A stretch of 64,000 nucleotides of DNA. Source: Clostridia bacterium. Lineage in GTDB: Bacteria; Bacillota; Clostridia; DUPQ01. Below the pieces are notes generated by a model. It searched no databases, had not been told where the DNA came from, and saw nothing but the letters and a program-made list of their open reading frames with translations. This document shows, in pieces, positions 10,067 to 19,484 of this stretch (its first letter is position 1; every line of letters starts with the position of its first letter). The DNA lies in assembly GCA_016935835.1 (NCBI GenBank), contig JAFGQE010000003.1, positions 5,063 to 69,062 of the forward strand, read 5' to 3'. Position numbers and translations under genes: made by a program.

Positions 10067-10795
10067 TTGGATTTTTTACTGGCGGCCGCGATACTTATAA
10101 TGTTCATGGCAGCGACGGTGCAGGGTGTTTCGGGATTCGGCAGGGCGCTGATAGCGGCGCCTCTTACAGCCTTGATATACCCTGCGGATGAAACGGTTGT
10201 AATAATGATTATAATAGGTTTCGTAGGCGGACTGGCAATGGTTGCCCAGACATTCAGGTATGCGCATGTAAAAAAGGTAATTCCGATGATATTGTTCGGC
10301 ATACCGGGGGTGATTGCCGGCATACAGGTGTTGTCCGTGCTGCCTGTCATGGAATTGAAAATAACCATGGGCATTTTTGTAATCATCAGTGCGGCAATTC
10401 TGGCAACGGGAGTTCGGGTGAAAATCAAAAACGGCATGCTGGCATATTCCATGGCGGGGTTCATAGGCGGATTCACCAACGGCGCATTGTCGTTCGGAGG
10501 TCCGCCGACAGTACTGTTCCTTCAGAACCAGAACGAAGAAAAGAATGCATTCAGGGCGAATCTTTCCATATTCTTTGTGATTATTGGATTGGTCGGAATG
10601 ATCAGCCTATTTACAAAGGGCATGGTTGGCAATGATCTGCTGTTCAAGTCGTCGGTGCTGGCCTTGCCGTGTATCCTCGGCACGATCTTCGGTAATTTCC
10701 TGTCGCACAAGCTTGATGAGGATGTGTTTAGAAAAATTGTCCTTGCCATACTCTTCGTATCGGGAGCAATGGCGGTGGTTCTTTCCCTGGCATGA
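10067..10795 (+). CDS. Sulfite exporter TauE/SafE family membrane protein
   Basis: VQGVSGFG and internal-repeat GFIGGFTNGALSFGGPP motifs, about 8 TM helices, TTG start. Confidence 0.85.
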   Translation: MDFLLAAAILIMFMAATVQGVSGFGRALIAAPLTALIYPADETVVIMIIIGFVGGLAMVAQTFRYAHVKKVIPMILFGIPGVIAGIQVLSVLPVMELKITMGIFVIISAAILATGVRVKIKNGMLAYSMAGFIGGFTNGALSFGGPPTVLFLQNQNEEKNAFRANLSIFFVIIGLVGMISLFTKGMVGNDLLFKSSVLALPCILGTIFGNFLSHKLDEDVFRKIVLAILFVSGAMAVVLSLA

Positions 10796-10869
10796 AAAAG
10801 CCTTGATACATATCAGTGAGGTTGATTGCCATTCATTCATACGAAAAAACATACATTAAAAAATAAAGT

Positions 10870-10898
10870 TTTACAAATGCGGATTAGTGTCTTATACT
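10870..10898 (+). promoter_or_regulatory. sigma-A-like promoter of the DUF39 operon
   Basis: TTTACA (10870-10875), 17-nt spacer, TATACT (10893-10898), AT-rich upstream region. Confidence 0.55.
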
Positions 10899-10939
10899 TT
10901 ACTAAATATATTTCAAAACTTCAAAAAAGGAGGATGCTG

Positions 10940-12088
10940 ATGAAAACTGTAGCAGAAATCAACGAAAGAATCAAAAATGGCAGGGCTGTAGTGGCTACCG
11001 CCGAAGAGATCATCGAAATCGCAGAAGAACAAGGTTATAGGAAAGCGGCCGAGATGGTGGATGTCGTAACAACGGGGACATTCGGGCCGATGTGCTCGTC
11101 GGGCGTGTTCATCAACTTCGGTCACTCCGATCCTCCTATCAAGATGCAGCGTGTCACCCTGAACGATGTGCCTGCCTATGCGGGACTTGCGGCTGTCGAC
11201 GCATATATAGGGGCAACCGAGCTATCCACAACAAGGGGCATGGAGTATGGCGGCGGCCATGTGATAGAGGAACTTGTGGCAGGCAGGGATGTGAGGCTTC
11301 ATGCGGAAGCCCATGGGACCGATTGTTATCCGCGCAAGGAAATCGATACGACGATCAATAAATACAATGTCAACCAAATATATATGTACAATCCAAGAAA
11401 TGCATATCAGAACTATCCAGCGGCGACCAACTCGACGAAAAGAACCATACATACATATATGGGAACCCTTTTGCCGGAATTCGGAAATATAACATATTCA
11501 ACGTCCGGGGAACTGAGTCCTCTTTTGAACGACCCCTATTACAGGACGATCGGACTGGGAACAAGCATATTCCTGGGAGGGGCAAGAGGATATGTGACCT
11601 GGCAGGGAACACAGCATAATCCGGGGCAGAAGAGAGCCGAAAACGGCGTGCCCGTAAGCCTGTCGGGAACTCTGGCCGTCAGCGGGGATCTCAGGGAAAT
11701 GTCGACTAGGTATATCAAGGCGGCCATATATGACAAATACGGCATAAGTCTTTTTGTCGGGATAGGGATACCGATACCGATAATCGATGAAGAAATGCTT
11801 GCATTCACGGCTGTAAGGAACAGCGGTATAATAACATCCATAGCCGATAAGAGCGGGAACGTCAGGCTTGATGAAACCTTCACATATGAACAGCTTCAAA
11901 GCGGAAGCGTAGAATTCAGGGGTAAAAAGGTAAAGACCGCCCCGTTGTCCAGCATCGGCAGGGCAAGGGAAATCGCCGGGGTTCTCAAGGAATGGATTGA
12001 AGGAGGAAGGTTCCTGCTCACCGAGGCAGTGGAGCCGCTTCCCATGGAAAATAAAATCAATAAACTGGAAATAAGGGGGATTGTCTGA
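10940..12088 (+). CDS. Homocysteine biosynthesis protein / L-aspartate semialdehyde sulfurtransferase (DUF39, COG1900)
   Basis: MKTVAEINERIKNGRAVVATAEE, DVVTTGTFGPMCSSG, YAGLAAVDAYIGAT, NPRNAYQNY, SPLLNDPYYRTIGLGT. Start reset to ATG 10940 (RBS AGGAGG). Confidence 0.88.
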   Translation: MKTVAEINERIKNGRAVVATAEEIIEIAEEQGYRKAAEMVDVVTTGTFGPMCSSGVFINFGHSDPPIKMQRVTLNDVPAYAGLAAVDAYIGATELSTTRGMEYGGGHVIEELVAGRDVRLHAEAHGTDCYPRKEIDTTINKYNVNQIYMYNPRNAYQNYPAATNSTKRTIHTYMGTLLPEFGNITYSTSGELSPLLNDPYYRTIGLGTSIFLGGARGYVTWQGTQHNPGQKRAENGVPVSLSGTLAVSGDLREMSTRYIKAAIYDKYGISLFVGIGIPIPIIDEEMLAFTAVRNSGIITSIADKSGNVRLDETFTYEQLQSGSVEFRGKKVKTAPLSSIGRAREIAGVLKEWIEGGRFLLTEAVEPLPMENKINKLEIRGIV

Positions 12089-12089
12089 T

Positions 12090-12494
12090 ATGAAGAAAGT
12101 AAAAGTTAAACTGCATTTTCCAAGGAAATGGCTTGGCAGGCCCCTTATATCGGAACTGATAACAAAATACGGCATCGTATTCAACATACTTCACGCCGAT
12201 ATAAGCTATGACAGCGAGGGCACATTGATTGCTGAGATAAGCGGCGACGATGATTCGGTCAACAATGCGCTTGCATACATAGACTCGGTCGATGTGAAAT
12301 ACAAGCTGTATAACAAATCAATAATCATCAGGGAAGAGGAATGCATTGACTGCGGCGCCTGCACGGCCGTCTGTCCGTCGGAAGCCCTGACCATGGATTC
12401 CAACAATAAACTGAGATTCGACAAGGAAAAATGCCTGGTGTGCGAGCTGTGCATCAAGGCGTGCCCCCTGAAGATAATCAGTACTGAGTTTTAA
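12090..12494 (+). CDS. NIL-domain / 2x[4Fe-4S] ferredoxin (partner of DUF39)
   Basis: N-terminal NIL-like domain (PLISELITKYGIVFNILHADI) plus CIDCGACTAVCP and CLVCELCIKACP. Confidence 0.88.
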   Translation: MKKVKVKLHFPRKWLGRPLISELITKYGIVFNILHADISYDSEGTLIAEISGDDDSVNNALAYIDSVDVKYKLYNKSIIIREEECIDCGACTAVCPSEALTMDSNNKLRFDKEKCLVCELCIKACPLKIISTEF

Positions 12495-12543
12495 CCTTCC
12501 AGGGCGGCGCCGGCAGGCGCCGACCCGGTTCAATGGGGTCTTT

Positions 12544-13275
12544 ATGTATCAGAAAAGAAACTACAGGAATCTTTTCGAAAATGAACTGGTTATGTTTGAT
12601 GTCTGCGTTGGGGAGACCGACCTGAGGCTGGGATGCGACAGGGACCTGACCGATGTTGCTCTAAGAAGCGTCAGAAAGGCAAGGGAGGCTATATCAACGC
12701 ACATCGAAAACCACCCTGTCTTTGGGACTTCTCTGATTCCTCTTGCGGCAGACCCGGCATATCACCCCATTGTCAACAAGATGATAGAGGCGGGAATCGC
12801 TGCCGGCACAGGCCCCATGGCTGCCGTTGCCGGAGCCATCGCCGAGTATACTGGCAAAGCGCTCCTTGAATACTCGGAACAGGTTTTCGTTGAAAACGGA
12901 GGTGATATCTTCTTTGCTTCGAACAAGGACAGGATTATAGGTATCTATGCCGGTAACTCCATGCTGACCGGAAGGCTGGCCATCAGGATTTCATCAGAAA
13001 GCTTTCCGCTCGGCATATGCACATCATCAGGCACCGTGGGCCACTCATTCAGCATGGGCAGGGCGGATGCCGTAACGGTGCTGTCCCGGGACACGGCGCT
13101 TGCGGATGCGGTGGCAACCGCGGCGGGCAATATGATCAGGAGTCCCGGCGACATAAACAAGGCATTGGACTTTGCAATTGGTATCAAGGGTATTACCGGA
13201 ATACTGGCCATAATCGGAGACAAACTGGGCGCCGTTGGAGAAATCGAACTTGCGGCTCCGGGCAATCGGGGATAA
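12544..13275 (+). CDS. UPF0280 / COG2122 ApbE-like protein
   Basis: ETDL, GPMAAVAGAIAE, VENGGDIF, GICTSSGTVGHSFSMGRADAVTV, ADAVATA. Confidence 0.88.
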   Translation: MYQKRNYRNLFENELVMFDVCVGETDLRLGCDRDLTDVALRSVRKAREAISTHIENHPVFGTSLIPLAADPAYHPIVNKMIEAGIAAGTGPMAAVAGAIAEYTGKALLEYSEQVFVENGGDIFFASNKDRIIGIYAGNSMLTGRLAIRISSESFPLGICTSSGTVGHSFSMGRADAVTVLSRDTALADAVATAAGNMIRSPGDINKALDFAIGIKGITGILAIIGDKLGAVGEIELAAPGNRG

Positions 13276-13305
13276 AATATAAAAAAAGGAATTGACTGGA
13301 GACAT

Positions 13306-14118
13306 ATGAGAAGCAGAATAAAGACGTCCGGAAGAATTGTCATTAAAGTTGGAACATCCACGCTGACTTATCCCAATGGGAAGATAAATCTTTCCAATAT
13401 GGAGAGGCTGGTAAGGAAAATTGCAGACCTTTCCAATAATGGAAAGGAAATAATACTTGTTTCATCGGGGGCGGTAGGAATCGGCATGGGACGGCTCAAC
13501 ATGGACAAGAGGCCGGTGCTGACAACGGAGAAACAAGCCGTGGCGGCGGTCGGACAGTCGGAATTGATGCATCTCTATTCAAAGTTATTTTCCGAATATG
13601 GCATCATAGTCGGCCAAATACTTCTAACCCGGGACGTTTTTGCCAGGGGTGTTCCCAGGACAAATGCAAAGAATACATTTGAGAGCCTTGTTTCCAAGGG
13701 AATAATACCGATAGTCAATGAGAATGACTCGGTGTCTACGGAGGAACTGGAGTTCGACGAGCACAATTCATTCAGCGAGAATGATACCCTTGCCGCACTG
13801 GTGTCGGTCCTGACCGAATCGGACCTCCTGATAATACTTTCAGATATCGATGGATTTTATACCGGGGATCCAAGAAACGACAAATCCGCGAGGATTCTTG
13901 AAACCGTCACGGATATAAACGGCGAAATAGAACGGTTCGCCGGCGGAAACGGAAGCATAAGCGGAACCGGAGGCATGATAACAAAGCTCAATGCCGCAAA
14001 GCTTTGCATGGAGAACAGCATAAACATGGTAATCGCAAACGGCGACGACATGGACAACATAGACGGTATAATAAATGGAAGAAACATTGGAACACTGTTT
14101 GCGGGGAAACTGAAATGA
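13306..14118 (+). CDS. proB: Glutamate 5-kinase (no PUA domain)
   Basis: RIVIKVGTSTLT, VSSGAV, KQAVAAVGQ, PIVNEND, GTGGMITKL. Confidence 0.95.
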   Translation: MRSRIKTSGRIVIKVGTSTLTYPNGKINLSNMERLVRKIADLSNNGKEIILVSSGAVGIGMGRLNMDKRPVLTTEKQAVAAVGQSELMHLYSKLFSEYGIIVGQILLTRDVFARGVPRTNAKNTFESLVSKGIIPIVNENDSVSTEELEFDEHNSFSENDTLAALVSVLTESDLLIILSDIDGFYTGDPRNDKSARILETVTDINGEIERFAGGNGSISGTGGMITKLNAAKLCMENSINMVIANGDDMDNIDGIINGRNIGTLFAGKLK

Positions 14119-15359
14119 CATATCTTGAACAATTGGGAAAGAACGCAAAGGCCGCAGGGCGTACCCTTGCCCTTGCAGGCACATCAGAAAAGAATGAAGC
14201 TCTTCGCAGGATGGCTAAGGCTCTCCTTGCCGCTTCGGATGAGATAATAGAGTTCAACAAGATTGACCTTTCAAATTCACGCAAGGCCAGGATGAGTTCC
14301 GCGTTTTTGGACAGGCTCTCCCTTGATGAGAAAAGAATACAGGATATGGCGAATGGGCTGATTGAAACCGCCGGACTTGATGATCCCGTCGGGGAAATCA
14401 TCGAGGTTATAAACAGGGACAACGGACTTGAAATCATAAAGACAAGGGTTCCTCTGGGAGTGGTTGGAATAATATACGAAGCACGTCCGAACGTTACTTC
14501 TGATGCGGCGGGACTTTGCCTGAAGACGGGAAATCCGGTGATTTTGAGGGGCGGAAGCAGCGCCCTTAATTCAAACAAAGCGATTGCAGCGGTTATGCGA
14601 AGGGCTCTTTCGGAGACTCCCATACATCAAGACAGCATACAGCTGGTTGAAAATACGGACAGGGAAACGGCACTTGGGCTTATGAGGCTGAATGAATACG
14701 TGAATGTTCTGATTCCTCGGGGAAGCGCCTCCCTTATAAATGAGGTCAAGAACAATGCCACTGTTCCGGTAATAGAAACAGGGGTCGGGATATGCCATGT
14801 GTATGTCGACGCAGGGTCCGACCAGAATATGGCCGTCTCCATAACAGTCAATGCCAAGACCTCGAAGCCAAGCGTTTGCAATGCCGCCGAGGTGCTGCTG
14901 GTACATGAGGACATATACAGGGAATTCCTGCCGAAGGTATATGAAGGCCTGAGAAAATTCAATGTTGAGATCAGGGGATGTGAAAAGACCTGCAGGGTGC
15001 TTGAAGCCGCCTTGCCGGCGGGTCCGGAGGATTTCGATACGGAATTTCTTGACTATATCATGGCTGTGAAAATCGTATCGGGTGTCGACGAAGCGATCTG
15101 CCATATCAATTTACACGGGACCAGGCATTCCGAGGCAATAGTTACGCAAAACCATGACAATGCCTTAAGATTCACCTCCGAGGTAGATGCCGCGGCGGTT
15201 TATGTAAACGCATCAACCAGGTTTACGGACGGGGGGGAATTCGGTATGGGGGCGGAGATAGGGATCAGCACCCAGATGTTGCATGCCAGGGGACCGATGG
15301 GTCTTCGGGAACTCACTTCATATAAATATATAATCAAGGGAAACGGGCAGGTTCGATGA
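14115..15359 (+). CDS. proA: Glutamate-5-semialdehyde dehydrogenase
   Basis: VPLGVVGIIYEARPNVT, KPSVCNAAE, NASTRFTDGGEFGMGAEIGIST, HARGPMGL. ATG 14115 overlaps the proB stop (ATGA). Confidence 0.96.
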   Translation: MTYLEQLGKNAKAAGRTLALAGTSEKNEALRRMAKALLAASDEIIEFNKIDLSNSRKARMSSAFLDRLSLDEKRIQDMANGLIETAGLDDPVGEIIEVINRDNGLEIIKTRVPLGVVGIIYEARPNVTSDAAGLCLKTGNPVILRGGSSALNSNKAIAAVMRRALSETPIHQDSIQLVENTDRETALGLMRLNEYVNVLIPRGSASLINEVKNNATVPVIETGVGICHVYVDAGSDQNMAVSITVNAKTSKPSVCNAAEVLLVHEDIYREFLPKVYEGLRKFNVEIRGCEKTCRVLEAALPAGPEDFDTEFLDYIMAVKIVSGVDEAICHINLHGTRHSEAIVTQNHDNALRFTSEVDAAAVYVNASTRFTDGGEFGMGAEIGISTQMLHARGPMGLRELTSYKYIIKGNGQVR

Positions 15360-15380
15360 ATGAATAAAGCCCGGTATATT

Positions 15381-15422
15381 AAAAAAAGCACTGCTTTTCT
15401 TAAGAAAGACAGTGCTTTTTTC
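15381..15422. terminator. Bidirectional intrinsic terminator between proA and the PBP gene
   Basis: AAAAAAAGCACTG...CAGTGCTTTTTTT between convergent genes. Confidence 0.85.
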
Positions 15423-15444
15423 ATGGTCCTGATATGGAATTATT

Positions 15445-18069
15445 TCAAGGAATCAAAGGCGTCTCTGAAGGGGGCGGGGTTGGAACCAAAGGTTGCCCCG
15501 TTTCAGGGTCCAATTCCACAATAATGCTCGGGTCCCCATCAGGGGGCATTCCATGGACAGTGCAGTATTCGCCGACCTGAATATCCCAGGCCATGTCTTC
15601 CGTAATGATTGGATATAATCCAATTTCGTCTTCGTCAAGTTTCTCCTCCGGGTCAGGAATATATGGAACATACGGCTCAGGCCGAACGATGCCTACTATT
15701 GTCATTATGGTTTCCGGCGGACAGTCGTCCGTTGCCAATAAATAACGTCCGTATGGATCGGTGCTGCTTGTGCATACCGTGGCGGTCTGATGAACTTCGC
15801 ATGTATCGAAATAGCTGGGCTCGGTTCCCTCCAGGAAATACTCCACGATTGTGGCGTCGGTATTATTTGGATAGCGTGGATCCTGATAACATAAATCGGT
15901 GGGAACCTTTCCGGAATAAATGCATATCTCGCGTTCTACTATTCCTGTCGTCGGTTTTTCAAATTCAGCAGGCGCAAGGTCTTCGTGGACTTTGTCCATC
16001 ACTGCGTCCCATATTTTCAAGGCCTGGTTGTATTCGCCGTCCCAGATATAACTGCCGTCCACATTCCTGTAAACTCCCTTGGCGAGTTTTATCGGGGCTA
16101 TCCTGTTGTCATAGCCATACCATACCGCCCCGGTATAATATGGCGTGTAGCCGCAGAACCATTTGTCAAGATAGTCGCTTGTTGTTCCGGTCTTTCCCGC
16201 AACGGGAATCAGGCCATCCTGTATGCTTACTATCGGGAATGCCGTCCCGGTATGATGATAGTGCGGCGCCCATGTCTTGGTGACTTCCTGAAGAATGTCG
16301 GTCAATATGAATGCTGTCTGGCTGCGGTATACAGTGTCGTATTTGGGCTGAACCTTAAGAACTACTTCATCCCGGTGGTTCTTTACTTCGGTAAATGTGT
16401 ATGCCTTTATATAAACGCCCTTGTTAGCGAATGTGGCGAAGGCGTTTGCCATCAGATATGGGTTGACCCCCTTTTCCAGTCCCCCTGTTGCAGTGGAAAC
16501 GGTACTGTCATCATATATTACGTCACCCCTTTGTATTCCGACCCTGTCCAGGAAAGCGACGGAATTATCCCTTCCCAGCAATTCAGACCATACCCGTGCG
16601 GCTACGACATTTATCGAGGACTTTATGGCGTACCGTATCGAGACAAGGCCGACATAATCGCCGGAAATATAGTTGGTGGGGTATATTTCGTCGGGATTCT
16701 TGGGGTCGAGATAAACCGGAACGTCATCAAAGACAGTTGCCGCAGTGATAAGTTCAAGTTCCAGCGCAGGACCATAAATAGCTATTGGTTTTAAACTGGA
16801 ACCAGGTTGCCTGAAAGTCTGTGTGGCCCTGTTCAGTGTCTTGCTCCCTGTTTTTTCGCCGCCCCCGCCGTACATCGCCAGCAGCTTGCCCGTCGTCTGG
16901 TCAATTATCACCATGGCCGCCTGGGGAAGCTCGCCGTATTTTGCGGCTGTTTTATTCATAGTGTCGCCGACGGAATCCACAGTCGGGAAATAGGCCGGGT
17001 CATTGAAAACCTCGTCCATTTTAGCCTGTATTTTGGAATCCAGTGTTGTATATATATGATAACCGTTGTTATATACCCAAAGCTCGGCTATGCTCCTTGT
17101 TACATTTTTTTCCTGTACCAGCATATCTATGACATCGGATATGACCTGGTCAACGAAATATGTGGTTGTCGCAGTCGCCTGGATGGTGTCTTCCTTCGGT
17201 TTTATCACTACCCTGGTGCCCCTTACCTCGGAATGGGTTTCTTCGCTGATGTAACCAAGTTCAAGCATCTTGTCGAGTATGTTCTTCATCCTGGTTATTG
17301 TGTTTTCATAACCTTCTTCGGTATATGGATCGTATAATGTCGGAGCGTTTGGTATGCCTGCCAGGAATGCCGCCTCCGCCAGGGTTACCTCTGATAAATC
17401 CTTGCCAAAATATAGCTTTGAAGCAGACTGGAATCCGTAACAGCCGTTGCCCATGTTTACGATATTCGCATACGCTGTCAGGATTGTTTTCTTGTCCCAC
17501 CGCATTTCCATGATAATGGAATTGTACAATTCCTGGATTTTTCTTTCAAATGTCTGTTCAAATCTGTCGGTATAGTTCTTATAAACCTGCTGTGTAAGCG
17601 TGCTTCCCCCCTGATATATTTCACCTCTGTTTACTATCAGACTGTAGACCGAACCCGCTATTCTTATCAAGTCGAAGCCTTTGTGCTCGTAAAAACGCTC
17701 ATCCTCGATGGAGACTATGGCGTGTTCAAGCACCAGCGGAATCTTATCATAACCAATCTGCTCGCGGTTTATGTTGTCGCTGCCTGTTAGTTTAGCTATG
17801 ACATTCTCCTGATTGTCATAGATGAAAGTGGTAAGATTCGTGTTGATTTCAAGTTGTTCGGCGGTTATTTGCTCTGCGGTCTGTATCCATCCGACAACCA
17901 TTCCAAGACCCAGGCACCCGACAACGACGCCAACCAATAGAACCACAATTATCAGAGTTTTTAAAATGATTCCGAATGTATCTGTGAATATGCTCCAAAA
18001 TGAATATGTATATGGGGTCTGCTCCGTTTTGCGGGCTGACCTGACTTTGTCATTTGATTTTTTTTCCAT
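15445..18069 (-). CDS. Class A penicillin-binding protein (PBP1A family) with Cys-rich C-terminal extension
   Basis: Glycosyltransferase motifs SIEDERFYEHKG, QGGSTLTQQ, RKIQE; transpeptidase motifs RQPGSSLKP, SIN and KTGT. Confidence 0.93.
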   Translation of the reverse strand: MEKKSNDKVRSARKTEQTPYTYSFWSIFTDTFGIILKTLIIVVLLVGVVVGCLGLGMVVGWIQTAEQITAEQLEINTNLTTFIYDNQENVIAKLTGSDNINREQIGYDKIPLVLEHAIVSIEDERFYEHKGFDLIRIAGSVYSLIVNRGEIYQGGSTLTQQVYKNYTDRFEQTFERKIQELYNSIIMEMRWDKKTILTAYANIVNMGNGCYGFQSASKLYFGKDLSEVTLAEAAFLAGIPNAPTLYDPYTEEGYENTITRMKNILDKMLELGYISEETHSEVRGTRVVIKPKEDTIQATATTTYFVDQVISDVIDMLVQEKNVTRSIAELWVYNNGYHIYTTLDSKIQAKMDEVFNDPAYFPTVDSVGDTMNKTAAKYGELPQAAMVIIDQTTGKLLAMYGGGGEKTGSKTLNRATQTFRQPGSSLKPIAIYGPALELELITAATVFDDVPVYLDPKNPDEIYPTNYISGDYVGLVSIRYAIKSSINVVAARVWSELLGRDNSVAFLDRVGIQRGDVIYDDSTVSTATGGLEKGVNPYLMANAFATFANKGVYIKAYTFTEVKNHRDEVVLKVQPKYDTVYRSQTAFILTDILQEVTKTWAPHYHHTGTAFPIVSIQDGLIPVAGKTGTTSDYLDKWFCGYTPYYTGAVWYGYDNRIAPIKLAKGVYRNVDGSYIWDGEYNQALKIWDAVMDKVHEDLAPAEFEKPTTGIVEREICIYSGKVPTDLCYQDPRYPNNTDATIVEYFLEGTEPSYFDTCEVHQTATVCTSSTDPYGRYLLATDDCPPETIMTIVGIVRPEPYVPYIPDPEEKLDEDEIGLYPIITEDMAWDIQVGEYCTVHGMPPDGDPSIIVELDPETGQPLVPTPPPSETPLIP

Positions 18070-18124
18070 CAAAACCTCTTCATACCCGGCATGTCCTGTC
18101 CGGTTGCTGTGCCCAGGAAGGGAA

Positions 18125-18499
18125 TCATGCTTTTTCTTCTTCGGTTTCGGGTTCCGTTGGGGTCATGTAGCACTTGCCGTTGAATATGGAACCCTCGTCG
18201 GTTATGAAGTTTGCCGCGTGGATGTCGCCGTCCACAGTGCAGGATGAAGTAAGCTTTGCGTAATCCCTGACTATGATATTGCCCTTGACTTTGCCAGAGA
18301 CGGCGGTGCTGTGTGCTTCTATGTTTCCCGAAATATAGGCTGCCTTTCCTACAATAACAGACCCGTCGGCGAATATATTTCCCTCGACGACTCCTTCGAT
18401 GCAAAGAGAGCTTTTAGAAAAAATATCACCTGAGAGCGTTGAGTTGGTTCCTATATATGAATCTATTTTCCTTACTTTTCCCGGTAGTCTGCTTGGCAT
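18125..18499 (-). CDS. Bactofilin (polymer-forming cytoskeletal protein, CcmA family)
   Basis: IDSYIGTNSTLSGDI...IEGVVEGNI...VSGKVKGNI...VDGDI...GSIFNGKCYM beta-helix repeats. Confidence 0.9.
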   Translation of the reverse strand: MPSRLPGKVRKIDSYIGTNSTLSGDIFSKSSLCIEGVVEGNIFADGSVIVGKAAYISGNIEAHSTAVSGKVKGNIIVRDYAKLTSSCTVDGDIHAANFITDEGSIFNGKCYMTPTEPETEEEKA

Positions 18500-18502
18500 G
18501 GT

Positions 18503-19480
18503 TTAATCCTCCCTATTGTTTATGAACGGCATCGGATCTACGGGCACATTGTCAATGCGAATTTCAAAATGAAGATGAGAGCCTGTGCTGAGGCCCGTGC
18601 TGCCGACCCTTGCGATAACCTGGCCTTTTTCAACCGTATCGCCGACCTTGACAAGAAGTTTTGAGGCGTGCGCATACAATGTTGTTACCCCGTCGCCGTG
18701 GTCTATTCTTACACAGTACCCGTAGCCGCTGTTATATCCAGACATTGTTACCGTTCCTGACGCGGAAGCATATATGTCGTCGCCATAGGCGCCGCCTATA
18801 TCCATTCCGGTATGCTCCAGCAGCTGCTTATGTATGGGATGCCACCTGATTCCGAAATCAGAACCCACGTATGTGCTTTCGGTCGGCCATAATGACGGTA
18901 CGTTATCCAAGTAACCCGTCAGGGTCTCGCGTATGGATTTGAACTGAACTATCTGGGATTCCGACAATTCGGCCATCCCGTCGAACTGGTTGAGAACATT
19001 GTTTATATCCTTGATGTTTTCAATGAATTCATCAATTTTATTATAGTCAACGGTTGAGGATGTGGTCCCTGGCAGGTCCATGAAATATTGGGTTGACACA
19101 CTTTCAAGTTTGTTTGCGAGGCTCATCAGCCCCCCGGATATGGAATTCTGCGTGAATTCTATCTGGTTCAGTTCGTCTAGCTTGTCCTCAAGCATTGCAG
19201 CCTGCCTGTCGATATATAGATTGGATGCGGTAATCTGTTCCTGATATTTGCTTATAATATATGCGTTTTTTTCATTCAGGGATTTATTTTCCATGATAAA
19301 GAAAGATAAGGTCAGGGCAAGGCTTGCTATTATCACAGAAAAAATCATGAACATGGAAAGCACCTTTGCCAAAGGTGCTGTCAGTTTAAAGGTTTTTGAC
19401 GGTCTGCCGCTGTGCGGTATATATACCAGTGTAGAGTATTTTTTATCTTTTATGTGGCTGTCGATGCCGTGTCTTTTCAT
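18503..19480 (-). CDS. Membrane-anchored M23 family peptidase with coiled coil
   Basis: TM helix, coiled coil, then WP..SDFGIRWHPI..HTGMDI, YAHAS and STGSHLHFEIR. Confidence 0.92.
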   Translation of the reverse strand: MKRHGIDSHIKDKKYSTLVYIPHSGRPSKTFKLTAPLAKVLSMFMIFSVIIASLALTLSFFIMENKSLNEKNAYIISKYQEQITASNLYIDRQAAMLEDKLDELNQIEFTQNSISGGLMSLANKLESVSTQYFMDLPGTTSSTVDYNKIDEFIENIKDINNVLNQFDGMAELSESQIVQFKSIRETLTGYLDNVPSLWPTESTYVGSDFGIRWHPIHKQLLEHTGMDIGGAYGDDIYASASGTVTMSGYNSGYGYCVRIDHGDGVTTLYAHASKLLVKVGDTVEKGQVIARVGSTGLSTGSHLHFEIRIDNVPVDPMPFINNRED

Positions 19481-19484
19481 ATAA

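Noticed and set aside
10796..10939. SAM (S-box) riboswitch or Met T-box before the homocysteine genes
   Set aside because: AT-rich with no AUCAAGAG/GGCCC core or T-box motif. The predicted leader is only about 35 nt.
15609..17337. Long plus-strand ORFs (224, 269 and 176 aa) opposite the PBP gene
   Set aside because: Antisense shadows of a well-supported gene, with no recognisable motifs.
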